Shown piece after piece: positions 57,378 to 64,000 of a stretch of 64,000 nucleotides of DNA. The position numbers were made by a program, and so were the translations under genes. The notes beneath the pieces are model-generated. The model saw only the letters and a list, made by a program, of their open reading frames with translations, did no database searches and had not been told where the DNA came from. Numbering within the stretch: position 1 is the first letter of the stretch; each line of letters begins with the position of its first letter. Source of the DNA: Histomonas meleagridis 2922-C6/04-290x (taxonomy: Eukaryota > Protista > Parabasalia); the NCBI GenBank assembly GCA_020184695.1, contig JAANOX010000233.1:124001-188000 (forward strand), written 5' to 3'.

Positions 57378-59155
57378 TTATTTGAAATTGAATTGGTATA
57401 ATAAATATTAAATAAAACAAACAAATATCTTTGGCATTAATATCAATTCCTTCTTGTTCAAGAAGTAATTTAACTATTTCTGTATGACCATTCCAAGATG
57501 CCAACATAAGTGCTGTATAAAATAATTTAAATAATTTTCAAATATTATTTTGAAATATTGAATTATTAAAATAAATTTCAAATAAAACAAATAAGTATTT
57601 TTAGCATTAATATCAATTCCTTCTTGTTCAAGAAGTATTTTAGTTATTTCTGTATTACCATTATAAGATGCATAAATAAGTGCTGTATTAAATAATTTAA
57701 ATAATTTCCAAATATTATTTTGAAATATAAAATTATTGAAATAAATATTAAATAAAACAAATAAATACTTTTAGCATTAATATCAATTCCTTCTTGTTCA
57801 AGAAGTAATTTAACTATTTCAATATGACCTTTTTCCAATGATAAAATAAGTGCTGTATTAATTAATTTAAATAATTTCCAAACATTTTTTTGGAATATTA
57901 AATTATTAAAATAAATATTAAGTAAAACAAACAAATATCTTTGGCATTAATATCAATTCCTTCTTGTTTTAAAATGTATTCAACAAGTTCAATATTTCCT
58001 GATCCAGATGAAAACACCGATATATCATGCAATTGAATGATCTTTAAGAAAATATTCCACCAAAAAAATATTTCCAATATTTTCTGCTTCATTAATAATG
58101 TTATCATTGATTTTCATTCCTTCTTTAACTAAAAATAAGAACATTTCATAGTTATGATATAAAATACAAAGATTTCCTAATTTTTCTATGTTCTTAATTT
58201 CTTTTAATTTATTATCATAAAAATATTTAAAAATATCATTTCGATGAAACTCAATTGCTGTTTCATATGCATTTTCAAATGATGAATGATTTTGTTCACA
58301 TAAGTAAATAATTTCTTCATTTCCACTTGCAACTGCATATTTACCTGTATTATTTACTTTTGCTCCATTCATAAGTAAATATTTAAAACATTTAACTGAT
58401 CCAAAAAATGCTGCATAATCAATTAATGTGACATTATATTTATTAATATAAGAACATCTTTCATAAAGTGATGGCTCAATTGTTTGAGTAAAATTAAAAT
58501 TTGTTTGTGATGAAATTTCTTGAAATTTTTCTATTTCATCATTTCGAATTATTTTTGCAATTTCTCTTGGATTAACTCCTTCTTTTATGAAATTCTTATG
58601 AAGTTCCCAATCATTCTTCGAAAGTTCTTCATAATTTACAAAATCATGTACCCTTAAATCGATTGCTAATTTATCTTTAGACATATAATGTACAAAATAA
58701 GCTCTCTGGTTGTTTTTTACAATGTTTGATTCAAGAAAATTATGTTCAATCATAGCTTCAAGAAGATAAGATGATTCATTTGAATTTTTATTATTAAGAA
58801 ATTGCCCAAATACATCAAATATATTGGATTTGATTTTATTACTCTCTTCAAATGCTCTTATTTCTTTTATAATATTCAAAAATAAATCTATGTTTTGTTT
58901 TTAATTGGAAAGGAATAATATATCATTTGAATAATAATTAAACCATAAGATGAAGGATGGATTTCATAAAATTTGTTGACTATTCAACCTAAAGATTTCG
59001 AGGAATTTTCTTATTAGCATATGTTTAATATTATTATTTAATTTTAGCATAATTTTTATATTACAAAAAATAACAATTTTATATCTTCTATATAATAACA
59101 TAATATGGCTTAAAATTATAAGAAAAATTTCCGAAGCTGTCCTTGTTAAGTTCAT
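57378..59155 (-). pseudogene. DUF3447 + ankyrin gene with 17-nt spacers; frameshifts and 3' truncation
   Basis: ORF 58879-58025 has the DUF3447-type core. Decoded loops KD-NNG-NTAL, KS-NYG-NTAL, KN-ENE-YTAL. Indels near 58027 and in the 5' part; array breaks off near 57378. Confidence 0.75.
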
Positions 59156-59577
59156 TTGAAATGTCTTATAAATGTTTCTTTCATTGGTATATCTATGCTA
59201 ATAATAATATTTATAAAGAAATATTTCTTTGATTAAATTTTGATATTTTTATAGAATCTTCAAAACCCTTATTAATAATAAAATGAAAAGTATAAAAATG
59301 GAACAGAAAACAAATTTTATTTTCCATTTAAATATTCACATTCAAACCTTACTATCATCCAAAAAAGAACAAACGCAATGATGAATTCTAATTCAATTTC
59401 AATAAGATTTCAGTTTCTGATCCGAAAAAAATTCATTCAAAATCACCATCTAACTGTAATAATTGAACTAAGACTACATTGAAAATTTTGTCGCTACAGA
59501 AAATTGAATATAAACAACGTCCTCACCCGCTGGAAACCGTTTGCCAGCTGATAAAATCGTTCACATCACTATTTTTT

Positions 59578-60192
59578 ATGAGCCTCGAGCACAACTGTCC
59601 TGAACTCGCTCAAGTTGGTAAGAAAGCACCATGTTTCAAAGGGACTGCATTAAACAAAGATCTTGACTTTGAAGAAATCACACTTGAACAATACAAAGGC
59701 AAATGGCTTGTACTCTTCACATATCCATTAGATTTTACATTTGTTTGCCCAACTGAAATCATTGCTTTCAGCGAAGCTGTTTCTAAGTTCAACGCAATCA
59801 ACTGTGAAGTTGTTGGTATGTCAATTGATTCTGTTTATTGCCATCTTGCTTGGATTGCTCAACCACGTAATGAAGGTGGTCTTGGAAGCATCAACATTAA
59901 ATTAATTGGTGATCTTGGAGGCAAGATTTCCAAGAAGTATGGATTTTACATGTGCGATGCTGGTCATGACCTTCGTGGAACAGTCATCATTGATCCTGAA
60001 GGCATCATCCGCCACATCTCAATGAACCATCCTGACGTTGGTCGTAACGTTGATGAAGTTCTTCGTCTTGTTAAGGGTTACCAATTCGCAGCTGCCCATG
60101 GTGAAGTATGCCCTGCTCAATGGCAAGAAGGCCAAGATACAATCAAGCCAAACCCAAAGGAAAGTAAGGCCTACTTTGCTAAGCACAAGTAA
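59578..60192 (+). CDS. TPX: 2-Cys peroxiredoxin (thioredoxin peroxidase)
   Basis: YPLDFTFVCPTE and GEVCPAQW. ATG 59578 is preceded by Inr TCACT at 59566-59570. Confidence 0.97.
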   Translation: MSLEHNCPELAQVGKKAPCFKGTALNKDLDFEEITLEQYKGKWLVLFTYPLDFTFVCPTEIIAFSEAVSKFNAINCEVVGMSIDSVYCHLAWIAQPRNEGGLGSINIKLIGDLGGKISKKYGFYMCDAGHDLRGTVIIDPEGIIRHISMNHPDVGRNVDEVLRLVKGYQFAAAHGEVCPAQWQEGQDTIKPNPKESKAYFAKHK

Positions 60193-60471
60193 AAGCAAAT
60201 TAAGCTGAAATGAACGTTTTTTTTATGTCTAATTCATTTTTGAATCGTTTACATAAAATCTGATCAAAAGATAAGAAAATTATAACTCTCAAAGGTTAGA
60301 CATTTTAGGTTACAATTTTATTTATTTATTTATTTATTTTTTTACAAAATGCCTCAAATAAGTAATGCAATGTTTAGGATCAGGATGGAGATAAAAAATC
60401 AAAATTTATTTTTACTTATGTACGAATTTATCAGAGATCCCAATTCTAAATAAGAATTAGGCGTCTCCGCT

Positions 60472-61260
60472 TTATTCAACAGTGGTTTGTACATCCACTG
60501 AAGATATCTTATCGTTTCGTTTATATCCAAATATGCACATTTGAATTGCAGTGATACAATCAAATGTCATTGGAATAATAGACCCAACGATCCATGGGGT
60601 TTGTTTCCATAGGTATTGCGGGTCTACACTTCTGATGAAAACCGATAATGAATACGTCAAATTTGCAGAAATTAAAATTGAAATATAAACAGGCGAAAAA
60701 TCTGTAATTACTTTAACTTCGATATTTTTTAAGAGTTGAATAATTCTAGCTGTTATATAAATTCCAGATCCAATCCATCCTGACACTGAACCATATAAAT
60801 ATTCACCTTTGTAAGGAAGAGAATAATCAACTTTTGATTGAGCAAGAAGTGGCACAGTAGCAAGGGCAGAAACACCAACTAAATTGGTTGAATCGATTGT
60901 TACTATGCTATCTGTCTGTTTCTTTTTGCACCAACGATAAATTGTGTATTGCGTAAGTAAAATTATGTCTAGTGTGATGTATATAAATCCTGTAACAATT
61001 TGTGTTGATAAAGCATGTGTAACAATTGCACCAACTAATGAAAGAAGATCAGCCGCGCATATCAAAGCAAAATAAAAGGGGCTTTGCCCATCAACATGTT
61101 TATTTTTGAAGTTATGATAAATTTGTGGAAGCGAACATACTAACCAAAGAATATTTGAGATAGTTCCAATTGCAAAACTTACATAATCTCTTGGTGTAGA
61201 AATACAATCGCCAAACACTTTATATATCCAGTGGACATAATCACCTTCGCAAGTAGACAT
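60472..61260 (-). CDS. PQ-loop repeat membrane transporter (PQLC2/Ypq-like)
   Basis: WLVCSLPQIYHNF, second loop ITARIIQLLKN, about 7 hydrophobic segments. Confidence 0.85.
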   Translation of the reverse strand: MSTCEGDYVHWIYKVFGDCISTPRDYVSFAIGTISNILWLVCSLPQIYHNFKNKHVDGQSPFYFALICAADLLSLVGAIVTHALSTQIVTGFIYITLDIILLTQYTIYRWCKKKQTDSIVTIDSTNLVGVSALATVPLLAQSKVDYSLPYKGEYLYGSVSGWIGSGIYITARIIQLLKNIEVKVITDFSPVYISILISANLTYSLSVFIRSVDPQYLWKQTPWIVGSIIPMTFDCITAIQMCIFGYKRNDKISSVDVQTTVE

Positions 61261-61314
61261 CTATTTCACATGCGGTTACTATCGTTGGGTGCCCCGTTGA
61301 ACGGTTTGGTCAAC

Positions 61315-61319
61315 CCTTT
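61315..61319 (+). promoter_or_regulatory. M5 core promoter element CCTTT
   Basis: CCTTT 4 nt before the RPL35 ATG. M5 is the known trichomonad core promoter enriched at ribosomal protein genes. Confidence 0.6.
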
Positions 61320-61322
61320 AAT

Positions 61323-61694
61323 ATGGGACACCTCAAAGCACACGAACTCATCCAAAAATCACGTGCAGATCTCTTAGAAGAACTTGCAACACTTGAAAAG
61401 AAGCTTTTCGAACTCCGTGGCCAAATCGCAACCTCATCATCTCGCCAAAAGCTCTCAGAAATTCTTACAGTTCGTCGTGACGTTGCACGCGTTAAAACAG
61501 TTCTCATGGAACAACAAAGAAAAGCTCTTCTTGAGAAGTACAATGGAAAGAAATTAGTTCCAAAAGATATTCGCAAGAAGCAAGTTAAAGCCCAAAGAAA
61601 GGTTCTTCCAGCTAAGTACGCTAATAAGCTTACAAAGAGAGCTGCACGCCGCGCTAAGTATCTTAAGCCAGTCAAGTTTGCTTTGAAAGCATAA
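61323..61694 (+). CDS. RPL35: 60S ribosomal protein L35 (uL29)
   Basis: LKAHEL...VRRDVARVKTVL...PKDIRKK...KFALKA. Confidence 0.97.
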   Translation: MGHLKAHELIQKSRADLLEELATLEKKLFELRGQIATSSSRQKLSEILTVRRDVARVKTVLMEQQRKALLEKYNGKKLVPKDIRKKQVKAQRKVLPAKYANKLTKRAARRAKYLKPVKFALKA

Positions 61695-62529
61695 ATAAAT
61701 GCATATTTGCCTCGTCTTTTTCTTTTGCACCAAATGGTTAGATCATGATCTCGAACTGTTAATCTTCTTTATATGTATTTTTATGATAATTTTTTGGAAT
61801 TGTTTTATCTTATTTGAACTATTTCGTATACTAATTTGGCTACATAAAAAGGATCATAAAAATTCATCATTTCTTAAAAAAGAAGAACTGATGTTAATGT
61901 TATTTACTACAATCATCATTTCAATCGCCAACACAAATACATATGAATCATCGCTAGAAAAAAATATTTCACAATTGAGATAGAGTGTGAATCTAAATCA
62001 GAGAAAAAGAATCTGCAGAGAGTAATTAATTCAAATGTTGTAACACCTTCTTTTGATACTTATTATGATTGTGATTCAATAATATGAATTTAAACAAAAT
62101 TATATAAAATATCAATAAAAAGTTGGAAAAATTGTTATCTTCGTGAAGACATATTTTAATACTATTTAACTAATTTAAAAATCATCGTTTAAAAAAATGA
62201 TTTCTTTTTATTTATTTTTTTTTTTTTTTATTGGTATATTAACAACAATGCAAAAGAATGCTAGTATTAAACAAACCTTAACTTATTTTTTAGTTTTATC
62301 CAGTGAACAATTATGTGGTCAAATTCAATGCAAAGTTACAAGTCCTTTATGAAAAAAGAAACAAATATTAATAATCAAAATATTTTGTTACCTTATTTGA
62401 AGTTGATTTTAATATTTTAATAATAATTTTTTTATTATTTGAAATTTATCCAAATAATTTGATTTTAACCTTATGAGAGCTGCCCAGGCTTGGTGATATA
62501 AATACATTAAAACAACTTCTTGCACAATT

Positions 62530-62905
62530 GATATTAATTTTAAAGGTATTGTTTTGTATTGCTTGGTATTTATTTTTATAATTTGGAATGTCATAATAAT
62601 ATTTGGATTTTATTTATATTATGTTGGACACCTCTTATAATTGCATCTACTAATGGTCAAACAGAAATAGTTAAAATACTCCTTAAACAAGAAGGAACTG
62701 ATGTTAATGCCAAAGATATTTATTTGGTTTATTCAATATTTAGATTAATAATTTAGAAAATTAAAACAATATTTAATAATTGTTTAATGAATTTTATACA
62801 GCACTTATTTGGGCATCTTGGGAAGGTAATACTGAAATAGTTAAATTACTTCTTAAACATAAAGGAATTGATATTGAAGCTCAAAGTATTTATAAGTTTT
62901 ATTTA
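62530..62905 (+). pseudogene. Orphan ankyrin fragment with intact 17-nt spacers
   Basis: Two complete 77-nt encrypted loops (62548-62624, 62718-62794) decode to KG-GGG-WTPL and KD-NRN-YTAL. No upstream DUF3447 ORF. Confidence 0.75.
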
Positions 62906-63104
62906 TATATGTCACATATAAAACATATAAAAAAATAGTTTGTTTTAATAATGGTTAATTATATTTACGGAGTTTTTTGGCTTACACTCTACTCTGATTA
63001 TTCAAAATGGTTCCAATATTTGTAGTCGACATTGAAGCACTCCAAAGTTTGAGAAGTAACTTAAAATCTTTTACTGAAATACAGAATTGAACAATAAAAA
63101 GTTT

Positions 63105-63992
63105 TTACATTGTTGGAACCAACATTCCATCAACAAAATTAGGCAGTTTCCCTTCAAACATGCTCATATCGACTCCCTTGAAAGGCACCGGCCTATCGTA
63201 GTCGAAAATCTTGTTTACGCTTGGCGGTGTCATTGGTGGAAATTCGGGATTTGCATCTTGTGGAATTTGATCATTTTTATCTTCTTCCTCTTGCTGTGGT
63301 TCGTTGTAGTGCTGGAAGAACCCTTGGTCGAGCGAAAGTAATTTTTCGATGATTAATGTTCCATTTGGATCATATGTTCCAAGATATCGTCCTCGAACCC
63401 CATACTTCTCCCAGTTAGGAGAACATTCTCCTGGCGCTGGTAGTTCATGTGAGAAGTAACAAGATTCACCATAAATGCATTGATCTTCCAAAAATTTTCG
63501 ACAGACTGGAGCTTTCTTAAACGAAAGATAAGGGTCTGCGTCAACAAGTTGTTGGACACGAGCCACAATCGCAGGGTCCAAATGGAGAACTTGATTACGA
63601 AGAGAATCATCTAGCCATTCTTCGCCTTTTTCAATTTTACGGTCTAAAAGTCGATTATCATACCATCGTGCAGATGATGATTTATAATCTTTTTGTTGTT
63701 GGTGAAGAAGTTTATTTCGAACTATAACTGGAATTCCGATGTCAAGATCTAATAAAGAAACTTGACAAACATTTGCAATTTTGGCACATATTTGGCATAT
63801 GTATGTTTTGTATGGGACGCCATTAATACGCCATGAAAAAACAGTAAAAGGCCTTTCGCAAATGCAACATTCTGCATGAAGACGTGATTTAGTCATTTGG
63901 AAGTGTGAATCCTTTGGAAGGATTCCTTTGTAAATAAGAGGAAATTTTGGATCAAGAAGATCAAGCAGCTGTGTTGATGCAGTTGTAGCCAT
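63105..63992 (-). CDS. RBM22: Pre-mRNA splicing factor RBM22/Slt11 homolog
   Basis: CCICERPFTVFSW...KTYICQICAKIANVCQVSLLDL zinc-binding domain and CCCH finger CRKFLEDQCIYGESCYFSH. Confidence 0.88.
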   Translation of the reverse strand: MATTASTQLLDLLDPKFPLIYKGILPKDSHFQMTKSRLHAECCICERPFTVFSWRINGVPYKTYICQICAKIANVCQVSLLDLDIGIPVIVRNKLLHQQQKDYKSSSARWYDNRLLDRKIEKGEEWLDDSLRNQVLHLDPAIVARVQQLVDADPYLSFKKAPVCRKFLEDQCIYGESCYFSHELPAPGECSPNWEKYGVRGRYLGTYDPNGTLIIEKLLSLDQGFFQHYNEPQQEEEDKNDQIPQDANPEFPPMTPPSVNKIFDYDRPVPFKGVDMSMFEGKLPNFVDGMLVPTM

Positions 63993-64000
63993 TTTTAGAT

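Overview
AT-rich, gene-dense eukaryotic DNA that looks parabasalid (Trichomonas/Tritrichomonas/Histomonas-like). It has Inr (TCAYT), M2 (AAAGTGAC) and M5 (CCTTT) promoter motifs, uninterrupted housekeeping genes, DUF3447-ankyrin, BspA and many kinase genes, and IS481EU-type transposons. Housekeeping genes include Sec13, Nth, histone H4, PA200, CapZ-beta, MDH, cytosolic HSP70, an Arf inverted pair, a calmodulin-like protein, peroxiredoxin, a PQ-loop transporter, RPL35 and RBM22. Main discovery: in the DUF3447-ankyrin loci (16.3-20.1, 23.5-26.0, 43.2-46.5, 57.4-59.2 and 62.5-62.9 kb, plus a decayed copy at 53-54 kb) the loop between ankyrin repeats is encrypted. Each loop codon is isolated by a fixed 17-nt AT-rich spacer (consensus ATTTATTTTAATAATTT, no GT-AG pair), giving a strict 17+3 nt register, with about 150 spacers by hand count. 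Deleting the 17-mers restores frame and yields consensus ankyrin loops such as KD-KNG-KTAL, KD-NLG-KTAL and KD-DDG-DTAL, with no stop among the hidden codons parsed. This implies an unrecognised decoding step: ultra-short non-canonical introns with single-codon exons, RNA or DNA excision, or ribosomal bypass. The mechanism cannot be determined from DNA alone. Several single-base homopolymer discrepancies in the window suggest some assembly indel noise.
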